Source of the DNA: Actinomycetota bacterium
GTDB taxonomy: Bacteria > Actinomycetota > CADDZG01 > JAHWKV01
Assembly (NCBI GenBank): GCA_051005875.1
Contig: JBPCIX010000013.1
Span: 7,252 to 71,251, forward strand
Length of the DNA stretch: 64,000 bases
Reading direction: 5' to 3'
Within the stretch, counting starts at the first letter, position 1; each line of letters begins with the position of its first letter. The notes under the pieces were generated by a model. It saw only the letters and a program-made list of their open reading frames with translations. It ran no database searches and was not told the DNA's origin. A program made the translations under genes and the position numbers. Shown in pieces: positions 54,147 to 64,000 of the stretch.

Positions 54147-55481
54147 TCATGAAGGCGACATCGCCGGGATCGGCTCAAGCACGTCGATTGCCAAATCGAT
54201 TCTGGTCAGCCCCAGCACTTCGACGCCGGGCATGTTCGACGCGGATGTTGGGCCAACCACGCAAGTGAACCCAAGCCTGCCCAGCTCTTTTATTCTGTTT
54301 TGAATACCAGGCACCGGGCGGATATCGCCGCTCAACCCAAGTTCGCCCACCGCTGCCATTTCAGACGGCATTCTTAGGTTCATGCTGGAACCGGCAATGG
54401 CAAGGGCCAGAGCCAAATCAACACCGGGTTCCGCGGCCCTTAGGCCGCCCGCGACCGCTGCGTAAACATCACCGTTTTTGATCGGAACGTTGGTCCACTT
54501 TTGAAGAATCGCGAGCATCATTACCAGGCGGGAGAGCTCGACACCCTGTGCAACTCGCCGCGGGGCCGGCGAATTGTTTGCAACGACCAGGGTCTGCAAT
54601 TCAACGGCCACCGGCCTGCGCCCCTCGATGACGCAAGCAACAACCGAACCGGGGATTCCGGGCTGACGATGTTGAAGGAACAGCTCCGACGCATCGGCCA
54701 CCTGACGCAGGCCGCTCGGCAGCATTTCGAAGACACCCAACTCGCCGGTCGGCCCATAGCGGTTCTTGATGCCTCTGAGAGTCCTGATGCTGTGGCCCCG
54801 GTCGCCGTCGAATAGCAGAACCGCGTCGACAAGGTGCTCGAGGGTCCTTGGACCGGCCACTTCGCCGTCTTTGGTGACATGCCCGACCAGCACGAGCGCA
54901 GTATTTGCGGCCTTAGCCGCCGTCGCCAGCTTCGCTGCTCCCGACCTCACCTGAGCAAGCGAACCTGCATTACCCGAGACCTCAGGGTCGAATAGCGTCT
55001 GGACGGAGTCGACAAAGGCCACATCGAATTGCGAGAGTGCCGCAGCGATCTCATTAACGTCAGTCGCCGGGGAAATCTTTGCCGCCCGCGGACCGCCGAG
55101 ACGGTGAGCCCTCGTGGCGACTTGCGCGAGCGATTCCTCGCCACAAAAAAGACCCACCCGCTGCTCGCGAAGCTCCAGTCCCGCCGCCGCCTGAAGCACG
55201 AGCGTCGATTTACCGACTCCCGGCTCGCCCGCCAAAAGCACTACAGAGCCTTTCACCAGCCCTTCGCCGCCGAGGACCCTGTCGAACTCGGCAAGCCCCG
55301 TGCTAAGCACCGAGTGAGAATCGATATCTACATTGTTGATGGGCACTGGGGCCGGTCCGGCGCCCTTCGCGGCGGGAACTACCTCAGAAAATGAATCCCA
55401 TGCGCTACATCCAGGACACCGGCCCACCCATTGGAACGATCGGTACCCACATTGGCGGCATACAAGAGCAGTTTTGACCAT
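54147..55481 (-). CDS. radA: DNA repair protein RadA/Sms
   Basis: CxxC..CxxC, GEPGVGKST, GHVTKDG, KNRYG, GELGLSG. Confidence 0.97.
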   Translation of the reverse strand: MVKTALVCRQCGYRSFQWVGRCPGCSAWDSFSEVVPAAKGAGPAPVPINNVDIDSHSVLSTGLAEFDRVLGGEGLVKGSVVLLAGEPGVGKSTLVLQAAAGLELREQRVGLFCGEESLAQVATRAHRLGGPRAAKISPATDVNEIAAALSQFDVAFVDSVQTLFDPEVSGNAGSLAQVRSGAAKLATAAKAANTALVLVGHVTKDGEVAGPRTLEHLVDAVLLFDGDRGHSIRTLRGIKNRYGPTGELGVFEMLPSGLRQVADASELFLQHRQPGIPGSVVACVIEGRRPVAVELQTLVVANNSPAPRRVAQGVELSRLVMMLAILQKWTNVPIKNGDVYAAVAGGLRAAEPGVDLALALAIAGSSMNLRMPSEMAAVGELGLSGDIRPVPGIQNRIKELGRLGFTCVVGPTSASNMPGVEVLGLTRIDLAIDVLEPIPAMSPS

Positions 55482-55526
55482 GCCCTCACTATAAAGACGA
55501 CCCCCGACAAAACTTAGCGCCGCTCC

Positions 55527-58043
55527 TTAGATTTCTACTGGGCCTGCGGCTCCTGCTAGTTCTGGCTCTGGGGGTTCCGGCGCCGTTGGTTTCGACGTGG
55601 TGAACTCTAGCTTCTTCTTTTCGGGATTCTCGGGGTCATCGACCCTGTCGACCGTTATGTGTTGGCCGGCCTTGAACTCCTTCCACAGGATCTTCTCAGA
55701 CAAAGGATCCTCAACGAGGCGCTGGATCGCACGGCGAAGCGGACGGGCGCCCAGGTTCGGATCGTAGCCCTCTTCGGCAAGATGATCCTTGGCGGCGGGC
55801 GTCAGTTCGATGGTGACGTCCTGCGACTGGAGCTGTTCCTTAACCCGCTTGAACAGCAAGTCGACGATCTCGCGCACGTTCTCGCGGCTCAACTCACGGA
55901 AGACGATCACATCATCGATCCGGTTTAAGAACTCGGGCCTGAAGTTCTGCTTCAACTCCTGCATAACCTTGTCTTTCATCTTCTCGTAGGTCAGTTCACC
56001 GCTCGACTGAGCAAAGCCAAGGCTGGATTTGCGCAGGTTCTGGGTGCCCAGGTTCGAGGTCATGATGATGACCGTGTTTTTGAAGTCCACCGTACGGCCT
56101 TGGGCATCGGTTAAACGCCCGTCTTCAAGAATCTGAAGGAGCGTGTTGAAAACGTCGTTGTGGGCCTTTTCGATCTCGTCGAACAGAACGACCGAGAATG
56201 GCCGGCGGCGCACAGCCTCAGTTAGCTGGCCGCCCTCTTCGTATCCCACGTATCCGGGAGGTGAGCCGACCAACCGGCTGACCGTGTGCTTTTCCATGTA
56301 TTCAGACATGTCGAGCTGGATCAGCGCGTTTTCGTCGCCGAACAAAAATTCCGCCAGGGTCTTGGAAAGCTCGGTCTTGCCGACACCGGAGGGGCCGAGG
56401 AAGATGAACGAACCCGAAGGTCGTTTGGGGTCCTTAAGACCTGCCCGCGTCCGGCGAATCGCTTGCGAAACTGCTCTGACGGCATCGGACTGATCGACGA
56501 TCCGCTTGTGCAGCTCGTCTTCCATGCGGATCAACTTTTCGGTCTCTGCCTCGGTCAGCTTGTAAACGGGGATTCCGGTCCACACCGAAAGAACCTCGGC
56601 GATTTCTTCCTCACCGACTTCGGGCAAAACCTGATCTTCTTTGTCCTGCCAAGCGGCTTGCTTGGCCTCGCGGTCGGTCTGGAGCTTCTTTTCTTCTTCG
56701 CGCAGCCGCGCGGCTTGTTCGTAGTCCTGAGCCTCGACCGCCAATTCCTTGTTCCGCCTAATCTCGGAAACCTTGTCGTCGATCTCACGGATGTCCGGAG
56801 GCGCGGTTTGCCGGCGGATGTGCAGGCGCGAGCCCGCCTCGTCGATCAGGTCGATGGCTTTGTCGGGCAGGAAACGATCTGAAATGTAGCGGTCGGCCAA
56901 GTTCGCCGCTGCAACCAAGGCCTGGTCTGTAATCTGAATGCGGTGGTGAGCCTCGTAGCGGTCACGAAGGCCCTTCAATATCTCGATGGTGTGGGCAACC
57001 GAAGGCTCGCCGACGATGATCGGCTGGAACCTGCGCTCGAGGGCCGCGTCCTTTTCGAGATACTTGCGGTACTCCTCGAGGGTAGTGGCCCCGATGGTCT
57101 GCAGCTCGCCACGGGCCAGCATCGGCTTCAAGATTGAAGCGGCGTCAATTGCGCCCTCAGCCGCCCCGGCGCCGACAAGGGTGTGCAGCTCGTCGATGAA
57201 CAGCACGATGTCACCGCGGGTGCGGATCTCTTTTAGCACCTTCTTCAGGCGCTCCTCGAAATCGCCGCGGTAGCGCGACCCGGCGACGAGTGCGCCGAGA
57301 TCCAGTGTGTAAATTTGCTTGTCTCGAAGGGTCTCGGGGACTTCGTTTTTTACGATAAGCGAAGCAAGGCCCTCGACAATCGCCGTTTTGCCGACGCCGG
57401 GCTCGCCGATCAGGACCGGGTTATTTTTGGTCCGGCGAGAAAGCACTTGCATGACGCGTTCAATTTCCTTCTCGCGGCCAATGGTTGGATCGAGCTTGTT
57501 GCCGCCCGCCAGCTGAGTGAGGTTCCGCCCAAACTGGTCGAGGATTGGAGAACCGCCGGCCGCGGCAGCACCTTCCGCGCCACCGCCCTTTTCGCCCTGC
57601 GCCGAGCCGAAGCCCGAAAGCAATTGGATGACCTGCTGGCGAACACGGCCAAGATCTGCGCCGAGCTTCTGCAATACCTGCGCGGCAACGCCTTCGCCCT
57701 CGCGAATCAGGCCGAGAAGGATGTGCTCGGTGCCGATGTAGTTGTGGCCGAGCTGCAGCGCCTCGCGAAGCGACAGCTCAAGCACTTTTTTAGCGCGCGG
57801 AGTAAACGGAATGTGCCCCTGGGGCGATGAAGACCCCGTGCCGATGATTTCTTCGACCTGCGACCGCACCGAATCCAGCGAAACCCCAAGGGATTCCAGA
57901 GCCTTCGCGGCGACCCCTTCACCTTCGGAAATAAGCCCGAGCAAAATGTGCTCGGTACCGATGTAATTGTGATTTAGCAGCCGAGCCTCTTCTTGAGCAA
58001 GGACGACTACTCTTCGAGCCCGATCTGTAAAACGTTCAAACAT
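55527..58043 (-). CDS. clpC: ATP-dependent Clp protease ATP-binding subunit ClpC
   Basis: [13 protein letters not shown] start at 58043, two AAA+ modules, UVR middle domain, LGF loop. Confidence 0.98.
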   Translation of the reverse strand: MFERFTDRARRVVVLAQEEARLLNHNYIGTEHILLGLISEGEGVAAKALESLGVSLDSVRSQVEEIIGTGSSSPQGHIPFTPRAKKVLELSLREALQLGHNYIGTEHILLGLIREGEGVAAQVLQKLGADLGRVRQQVIQLLSGFGSAQGEKGGGAEGAAAAGGSPILDQFGRNLTQLAGGNKLDPTIGREKEIERVMQVLSRRTKNNPVLIGEPGVGKTAIVEGLASLIVKNEVPETLRDKQIYTLDLGALVAGSRYRGDFEERLKKVLKEIRTRGDIVLFIDELHTLVGAGAAEGAIDAASILKPMLARGELQTIGATTLEEYRKYLEKDAALERRFQPIIVGEPSVAHTIEILKGLRDRYEAHHRIQITDQALVAAANLADRYISDRFLPDKAIDLIDEAGSRLHIRRQTAPPDIREIDDKVSEIRRNKELAVEAQDYEQAARLREEEKKLQTDREAKQAAWQDKEDQVLPEVGEEEIAEVLSVWTGIPVYKLTEAETEKLIRMEDELHKRIVDQSDAVRAVSQAIRRTRAGLKDPKRPSGSFIFLGPSGVGKTELSKTLAEFLFGDENALIQLDMSEYMEKHTVSRLVGSPPGYVGYEEGGQLTEAVRRRPFSVVLFDEIEKAHNDVFNTLLQILEDGRLTDAQGRTVDFKNTVIIMTSNLGTQNLRKSSLGFAQSSGELTYEKMKDKVMQELKQNFRPEFLNRIDDVIVFRELSRENVREIVDLLFKRVKEQLQSQDVTIELTPAAKDHLAEEGYDPNLGARPLRRAIQRLVEDPLSEKILWKEFKAGQHITVDRVDDPENPEKKKLEFTTSKPTAPEPPEPELAGAAGPVEI

Positions 58044-58129
58044 GGCCACTCTCCTTGTAGCAGGGCCCACCAACTGAGGTTCAATTATACGGGTTGCGGG
58101 ATTTACAGGTTAGGCATGCCTAACTATAC

Positions 58130-59620
58130 CTAGTCTGAACTTAACTTTTCGGGCCGAAGCGCCGGGAACAAGATCACCTCTCGGATGGACGCCTGGTCGG
58201 TTAATACCATTGTGAGCCTGTCGATCCCGAGTCCGAGCCCCCCAGCCGGGGGCATTCCGTACTCCAGCGCCGTCAAGAAGTCTTCGTCGATAACTGGTGC
58301 TACCTCGCCTTTTGAATCGCGGGTGGCCAACTGCGCCTCAAATCTTTTTCGCTGCTCTAGGGGATCGGTTAACTCGGAATAGGCGACTCCTATCTCCATT
58401 CCGGCGATTACCAAGTCAAGATGTTCGGTGAAGCGGCTGTCGCTGCGATGCTGCCTGGCGAGCGGCGACACCTCCTTGGGAAAGTCCATTACGAAGGTCG
58501 GCTGGACCAAACTCCGCTCCACCTTCTTCTCATAGATCTCAAGGAGCAGCTTTCCCCAAGGCCACTTCGGATCAAAAGCTATTCCGAGCCTTTCGCATTC
58601 CGACCCGAGGTCCGCTTCCACGTCGACACCTGCCTCGGCCACCAAATCGATTAGACGCGCCCGGCGAAAAGGGGACTCAAAATCTAGTTCTTCCCCCTGG
58701 TAGGGCAGGCGCAGCCCCCCCGAGGAAGCCAAGCAGACGGCTCGAATCATTTCCTCAAGCAAGCGGGCCATCGCCTCGTAATCGCCCAAGGCTTCGTAAA
58801 GCTCAAGCATTGTGAACTCCGGATTGTGGCGAACGCTGATTCCCTCGTTGCGGAAGCTACGATTGATCTCGAACACTTTTTCAACGCCGCCGACCAGCAG
58901 CCGCTTCAGGTAAAGCTCGGGTGCGATTCGAAGATAAAGCTCCATGCCGAGAGCCTCATGAAAAGTCACGAAAGGCTGCGCAAGCGCTCCTCCCGGAATC
59001 GGCTGCAACATGGGAGTTTCCACTTCGATGAATCCCCGATCCGTGAGCCACGACCGGATTGTCGAAACGGCCCGCGCCCGATTCTGCAGCACCTCCCTGG
59101 CTTCCGGATTTGCAATCAGATCAAGGTACCGCTGACGGTATCTAAGCTCTACGTCTTTCAGGCCGTGCCATTTCTCCGGCAGGGGCCTGAGACTCTTTGA
59201 CAACAGCTCAAAACGATCGACCTTGACCGTAAGTTCGCCGCGACGGGTCTTGATGACCTGCCCCGTCGCGCCCACCCAGTCCCCGGGGTCAAGGGTGGTG
59301 AAATCTTCGAACTTGTCGCCAAGGCCTTCTTCATCGGCGAGCAGCTGGATGCCCCCGGTAGCGTCCTTTAAGTCGGCGAAAGCGAGTTTGCCGTGCCGGC
59401 GCAGCGTGAGGATACGTCCGGCTACGCGGACCTCGCCGTCGGCTTGTCCTTCCGGGGGAAGTTCGCCGTGGAGCCGGGACAGTTCTTCCAGGCTGTGGGT
59501 TCGCTCGTATCCGAGCTCGTAGCCTCCGACTCCCTTTCCGCGCCAGGCCTCGAGCTTGGCCAAGCGAGCCTGGTGGTGATCGGCCGGCTGCTCGCCCGCC
59601 TCAGAATTATTCCGTGACAT
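58130..59620 (-). CDS. lysS: Lysine--tRNA ligase (class II)
   Basis: YRQRYLDL, LRIAPELYLK, FRNEG, HNPEFT, GLGIDRL. Confidence 0.99.
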   Translation of the reverse strand: MSRNNSEAGEQPADHHQARLAKLEAWRGKGVGGYELGYERTHSLEELSRLHGELPPEGQADGEVRVAGRILTLRRHGKLAFADLKDATGGIQLLADEEGLGDKFEDFTTLDPGDWVGATGQVIKTRRGELTVKVDRFELLSKSLRPLPEKWHGLKDVELRYRQRYLDLIANPEAREVLQNRARAVSTIRSWLTDRGFIEVETPMLQPIPGGALAQPFVTFHEALGMELYLRIAPELYLKRLLVGGVEKVFEINRSFRNEGISVRHNPEFTMLELYEALGDYEAMARLLEEMIRAVCLASSGGLRLPYQGEELDFESPFRRARLIDLVAEAGVDVEADLGSECERLGIAFDPKWPWGKLLLEIYEKKVERSLVQPTFVMDFPKEVSPLARQHRSDSRFTEHLDLVIAGMEIGVAYSELTDPLEQRKRFEAQLATRDSKGEVAPVIDEDFLTALEYGMPPAGGLGLGIDRLTMVLTDQASIREVILFPALRPEKLSSD

Positions 59621-60435
59621 CAGTGAGCTGCCTTCGCCGGCTTGTCCTGGCCCTGGGAAGCAAACCGGTCATGGGTGTTTCGCTCATGAAGAATCCTTAA
59701 GCCCGTCAGCGTAAGAGTGGGCTCGCAGGTTATTTCTGTCTTGCAGTGCGAGACAACGAGGGCGGCGAGGCCTCCTGTCGCAACCGTCCTGGCCCCGGGC
59801 AATTCGGCCTGCATTCGTGAAGCCATTCCATCGACCATAGCCGCCGCCCCCAAGACAACTCCGGCCCTCAATGATTCCGTGGTCGACTTCCCGATAATAG
59901 ATTTAGGGGAGACCAGTTCCACCCTTGGCAACAATGCGGCCGCATTCCATAGCGCCGCCGCCGAGACTTGAATCCCGGGGCAAATTGCCCCGCCAAGATA
60001 TTCACCTGCTTGGCTTATTGCATCAAAGGTAGTTGCCGTGCCGAAATCCACGACTACTAGCGGCCCACCAAACAATGAGAAAGCCGCAAGTGAATTAACC
60101 ACCCTGTCGGCGCCCACTTCTTTCGGATTGTCGGTCAAGATCGGCAGTCCGCTGCGGGTCCCTGGACCGACGATCACCGGTTGGAACGCGAAATACTTGG
60201 TTACCATTTGTTCAAGGGCCACCGTTACCGGCGGTACAACGCTCGCAATAGCAACGCCGGTTACGTCGTTTGAAAAGGATAGGTCTTCGAAGGACAAGAA
60301 TTGCTGAATAGCCAGAGCCAACTCATCCGCTGTCCTGCGGGGTTCGGTGGAAATTCTCCATTGGGCTAGAAGCTTCTCGCCGTCGAAGATTCCTATGTGA
60401 GTCTGTGAGTTGCCGGCGTCGATTACTAAGAGCAT
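59620..60435 (-). CDS. coaX: Type III pantothenate kinase
   Basis: IDAGNS, VGADR, VDFGTATT, YLGGAICPG, ATGG. Confidence 0.97.
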   Translation of the reverse strand: MLLVIDAGNSQTHIGIFDGEKLLAQWRISTEPRRTADELALAIQQFLSFEDLSFSNDVTGVAIASVVPPVTVALEQMVTKYFAFQPVIVGPGTRSGLPILTDNPKEVGADRVVNSLAAFSLFGGPLVVVDFGTATTFDAISQAGEYLGGAICPGIQVSAAALWNAAALLPRVELVSPKSIIGKSTTESLRAGVVLGAAAMVDGMASRMQAELPGARTVATGGLAALVVSHCKTEITCEPTLTLTGLRILHERNTHDRFASQGQDKPAKAAH

Positions 60436-60453
60436 GGGCCCGGCGTGGTGGAG

Positions 60454-60819
60454 CTAATGGGAAAAGGCGGCGGTTACCGGACGATTGGAATCGTCTACCA
60501 AAACTACTTTCGGCTTGTGGCCGGCGGCCTCGGAATCCTTCATTTGCGCATAAGAAATGATGATTACCTTGTCGCCCTGGGAAACAAGCAAGGCGGCCGC
60601 CCCATTCATTATTACCTTGCCGGAACCGGCTTCGGCTTCTATCAGGTAGGTTACAAGGCGAGCTCCATTATTTACGTCAACAACGTGGACCTGCTCGAAG
60701 GGCAGCATGCCGGCTGAGCGAATTAAGTCTGAATCGACCGAGATGCTGCCTTCGTAATCGACATTGGCCTCGGTGATGGTCGCACGATGGATCTTGCCGG
60801 ACATCATGGTGCGTTTCAT
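60454..60819 (-). CDS. panD: Aspartate 1-decarboxylase
   Basis: KIHRATIT, YEGSI self-cleavage site, NGAAA. Confidence 0.98.
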   Translation of the reverse strand: MKRTMMSGKIHRATITEANVDYEGSISVDSDLIRSAGMLPFEQVHVVDVNNGARLVTYLIEAEAGSGKVIMNGAAALLVSQGDKVIIISYAQMKDSEAAGHKPKVVLVDDSNRPVTAAFSH

Positions 60820-60881
60820 AAAAACCCTTCCTCCTGTTCAGGCCGTCTTCACGGTCCCGACTTTGTATTTGCTCTGTTAGC

Positions 60882-61742
60882 TTAACCCTTAGGTACCAGT
60901 TCTATGTTGTCTATTAGCCTTACTGGGCCTACTTGGGCCGCTAATACCATTAGGGATCCCGGAGTAATTTCATTTTGGGGCTCGAAGGTGGCCGGGTCTA
61001 CTATCTCCAGGTATTGCAGGGTTACGGCTGGTTCGGCTTCAATGAGTTCTTTGGAGTGGTCAACTAAGGCTCGGACTGAGTGCTCCCCTTTTGAGGCTAG
61101 ATTCGCGGCTGCGAATAGGGCTTTCGATAAAACCGTCGCTGCGCTGGCTTGGGCTTTGTTTAGGCGCTGGTTTCGGCTTGATAGGGCGAGGCCCGATGCG
61201 CTTCTTACTGTCGGGCGAAGGACTATTTCTATTGGGATGTTGAGATCATTCACGACCTGGCGGATGACTGCTATTTGTTGGGCGTCTTTGATTCCGAAGT
61301 AGGCGCTTTTTGGTTGGACTATGTTGAATAGCTTTACGCACACCGTGGCCACGCCGGAAAAGTGTCCCGGCCGGTATTTACCTTCGCAGACTTCGCCTAT
61401 TCGGCCCACCTCTATTCGGGTGGCTGCCTCACCTTTCGGATACATCTGTTCTGTCGGGGGGACAAACAGATGAGTCGCCCCCGCCTTTTCGGCTAGGGCT
61501 TTGTCGCGCTCGGCGTCTCTTGGGTAACTTTCGAAATCCTCGGACGGGGCGAACTGCAGGGGATTGACGAAGATTGAAACGACCACCACTTCGTGGTTGC
61601 TTGCTGCTTGCCGGATCAAGGCCAAATGCCCTTCGTGCAGGGACCCCATCGTCGGCACAAAACCAATGGATTTCTCACTTCCCCGGCCGGCCAGGCCGGC
61701 CAGGTCTTGGCGAAGGTCACTGATCTGCTCGAAGGTTTTCAA
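60882..61742 (-). CDS. panC: Pantoate--beta-alanine ligase
   Basis: VPTMGSLHEGH, SIFVNPLQF, RPGHF, LSSRN, RLIDN. Confidence 0.98.
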   Translation of the reverse strand: MKTFEQISDLRQDLAGLAGRGSEKSIGFVPTMGSLHEGHLALIRQAASNHEVVVVSIFVNPLQFAPSEDFESYPRDAERDKALAEKAGATHLFVPPTEQMYPKGEAATRIEVGRIGEVCEGKYRPGHFSGVATVCVKLFNIVQPKSAYFGIKDAQQIAVIRQVVNDLNIPIEIVLRPTVRSASGLALSSRNQRLNKAQASAATVLSKALFAAANLASKGEHSVRALVDHSKELIEAEPAVTLQYLEIVDPATFEPQNEITPGSLMVLAAQVGPVRLIDNIELVPKG

Positions 61743-62248
61743 GAAGGGTCTGCTTGCTGGTTAAGGCGGTATGGGGTTTTGGTCACCCCTGGATCCCGAA
61801 CCGGCGCCTGAGGGGAAACTGGGACGCCGGTGGGCAGAAGGAGATCTGGGGCCAACTCGTGGAGTGGAATCAGCATGAACGTGCGGTTTAGTAGTTCCTT
61901 GTGCGGCACCTTCAAATACAGTGAGTCAATGGTTTGGTCTCCGTAAAGCAGGATGTCCAGATCTATTGATCTCGGCCCCCATCTCTCAGCGGGGGCCCTT
62001 CCCATTTCCTTTTCGATTGTCTTTAGCGACACCAGCAAACCTTGTGGCCGCAGATGCGTTTCGACCTCGCAGACTGCGTTTAGGTAATTGGGCTGAGGCG
62101 GCCCCACGGGTTCTGTTTCGTAGACAGACGAAACATTGTTCACGATTACCCCTTTGTGGGACATCAGCGCCAATGCCTGGCGGAGATTGGTCAGCCGGTC
62201 GCCCAGGTTCGATCCGAGACCCACGAATATTCGCGGGGCGTCGCTCAT
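61739..62248 (-). CDS. folK: HPPK (hydroxymethyldihydropteridine pyrophosphokinase)
   Basis: GLGSNLGDR, SSVYET, WGPRSIDLDIL. Confidence 0.97.
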   Translation of the reverse strand: MSDAPRIFVGLGSNLGDRLTNLRQALALMSHKGVIVNNVSSVYETEPVGPPQPNYLNAVCEVETHLRPQGLLVSLKTIEKEMGRAPAERWGPRSIDLDILLYGDQTIDSLYLKVPHKELLNRTFMLIPLHELAPDLLLPTGVPVSPQAPVRDPGVTKTPYRLNQQADPS

Positions 62249-62622
62249 GTTCCGGAGTAACGGCCCCGATGGATTTCGATTGAAACCGATTCCAGGTCTG
62301 CGTCTATCGGCGGTGAGGGCTTCGCCACTCTGACGACCACAGAATTCACTTGAGGATCCTCGAGGGCGGATGAAGCTATGCGCTCACCCAAAGTCTCAAT
62401 CAAATCGTAGCGGTCTGCGGTCACGATCTTTTGAACTTTCTCGATTAAGACGTGGTAGTCCATTGCTGAATCGAGCGAGTCGGTTGCGGCGGCCCGGCCC
62501 AAGTCAAGGCTGCACTCCACATCGACGACAAAGAACTGGCCGGTGTCCTTTTCATACTGAGTCGCCCCGTGCCGACCGAAGACCCTGAGGCCCTTAATAA
62601 CAATCTTGTCACCCAATGTCAC
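62245..62622 (-). CDS. folB: Dihydroneopterin aldolase
   Basis: FGRHG, GQFFVVD, DY, LIETLGE, KP; lies between folP and folK. Confidence 0.95.
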   Translation of the reverse strand: MTLGDKIVIKGLRVFGRHGATQYEKDTGQFFVVDVECSLDLGRAAATDSLDSAMDYHVLIEKVQKIVTADRYDLIETLGERIASSALEDPQVNSVVVRVAKPSPPIDADLESVSIEIHRGRYSGT

Positions 62623-62637
62623 CTAAGGAGTGTATTG

Positions 62638-63483
62638 CTAACGGGCGTGGCTTATAGCTTCGACCATCCGCACCACGTGAGACATGGGCCCCACATCGTG
62701 GACACGGATTATGTGGGCGCCGTTGGCGGCCAGCCATGCCACTGTGGCCGCGGTGCCTTCGAGGCGCTCTTCGACCGGCAAATCCAGGACGGCGCCGATG
62801 AAGGACTTACGAGATGGGCCGACCAGCAGTGCGTAACGCTCGGTCGTCAAAAAACCCACGGCTTTAATTAGAGAAAGATTGTGGTCCAGGGTTTTCCCAA
62901 AACCGATACCGGGGTCCAGCGCAATAGAATCGGGGGCGACTCCGGCTTTTTCGGCATCGACGGCCCAGCCCAACAGCGCCCGCTTAATGTCGCCGACGAC
63001 ATTAAGGTACATCGGATCCGCCTGCATGGTCCTGGGCTCGCCACGCATATGCATCAGCACCACCCCGGCCCCCGAACGCGCCGCAACCGCGGCCATGCCA
63101 GGGTCAAATTGCATTGCGGACACATCGTTGATGATGACCGCTCCCGCTTCAACGGCGGCCTGGGCTACCGCTGCTTTCGTCGTGTCAATTGAAATTGGGA
63201 GATCGATGTCCGCTGAGATCCGTTCAATGACCGGAATAACCCGATCGATCTCTTCGGCGGCGGAGACCGGTTCGGCCCCGGGCCGGGTGGACTCGCCGCC
63301 CACGTCGATAATGTCGGCCCCCTCAAGCTGCATTTGAAATGCTTGCTTAAGGGCCGTCTCGGGACTGAGGAACAAACCTCCATCAGAAAAAGAATCCGGC
63401 GTAACGTTCAAGACCCCCATCAGGTGAACCCGCTCTCGTACTGGGAGCAGCCGGTCCCGGCAACGCCAATCCAGCGGAATCAA
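62638..63483 (-). CDS. folP: Dihydropteroate synthase
   Basis: MGVLNVTPDSFSDGG, GGESTRPG, DPGIGFGK, SRKSF, RVHDV. Confidence 0.98.
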   Translation of the reverse strand: MIPLDWRCRDRLLPVRERVHLMGVLNVTPDSFSDGGLFLSPETALKQAFQMQLEGADIIDVGGESTRPGAEPVSAAEEIDRVIPVIERISADIDLPISIDTTKAAVAQAAVEAGAVIINDVSAMQFDPGMAAVAARSGAGVVLMHMRGEPRTMQADPMYLNVVGDIKRALLGWAVDAEKAGVAPDSIALDPGIGFGKTLDHNLSLIKAVGFLTTERYALLVGPSRKSFIGAVLDLPVEERLEGTAATVAWLAANGAHIIRVHDVGPMSHVVRMVEAISHAR

Positions 63484-64000
63484 AGTCCCCGCAAAAGCCG
63501 CATAGCCTCTTCACGGGTGGCTGCGTTATCGCGCATCAAGCCTCGGACGGCAGACGTGACGGTGGTGGCGCCCGGTTTCTTGACGCCCCGAAAAGACATG
63601 CACAAATGCTCTGCTTCCATGACAACCATCACACCCTGAGGCTCTAGCTTGCGCTCGATAGAATCGGCGATTTGCATGGTCAGACGCTCCTGAACCTGGG
63701 GCCTTTTCGAAGCTGCATCCACGACCCGCGCCAACTTCGACAGACCGGTGATCTGTCCCTTCTTGTTTGGGATATATGCAACGTGAGCCTTGCCGAAGAA
63801 GGGAACCAAATGGTGTTCGCAGGTGCTTTGGAAAGAAATATCCCGCACCATGATCATCTCGTCGTAGTCGGAGGCGAAGAAAACATCGATCTCGTCGGCC
63901 GGGTCTGTCCCCACAGCAGAGAACATTTCCTCATACATATCAGCCACCCGTTCCGGCGTAGCCGCCGTCCCCGAATGAAGCGCCTCAGGCCCAATGGCTT
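63480..64000 (-). CDS. folE: GTP cyclohydrolase I (5' end beyond window)
   Basis: CEHHLVPF, GLSKLAR, QVQERLT, HLCM; frame open to the window edge. Confidence 0.96.
   Translation of the reverse strand, partial: AIGPEALHSGTAATPERVADMYEEMFSAVGTDPADEIDVFFASDYDEMIMVRDISFQSTCEHHLVPFFGKAHVAYIPNKKGQITGLSKLARVVDAASKRPQVQERLTMQIADSIERKLEPQGVMVVMEAEHLCMSFRGVKKPGATTVTSAVRGLMRDNAATREEAMRLLRGL

Overview
A moderately GC-rich Actinomycetota-type chromosome segment; the taxonomy is inferred from the RpoC N-terminus, GuaB3, DUF3263, CarD and gene order. Bases 1-36.5 kb are core genes: rpoC, the str/S10/spc/alpha ribosomal protein clusters (tuf is absent between fusA and rpsJ), truA, rplM-rpsI, glmM-glmS, nnr, alr, udg, tsaEB-rimI-tsaD, and a lone groES with a CIRCE site. 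Bases 44-64 kb are also mostly core: guaA, otsB, DUF3263, tRNA-Thr, cysS, ispFD, carD, radA, clpC, lysS, coaX, panDC and folKBPE. The main find is a ~4.7 kb block between guaB3 and guaA (39449-44165) that looks like a RiPP system. It has a 60-aa peptide made of four ~15-aa repeats, each carrying a Cys-His motif, then a vapBC-type toxin-antitoxin pair. These are followed by an aldo/keto reductase with a PqqD/RRE-like C-terminal tail, a divergent DUF692/MNIO enzyme and its winged-helix partner, with a divergently transcribed atypical EgtD-family methyltransferase on the other side. Smaller observations: a three-copy dispersed palindromic element, a possible attenuator before fusA, a CTG-initiated udg, many apparently leaderless genes and several short tandem duplications. 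All family assignments come from motif recognition by eye; no database searches were run.
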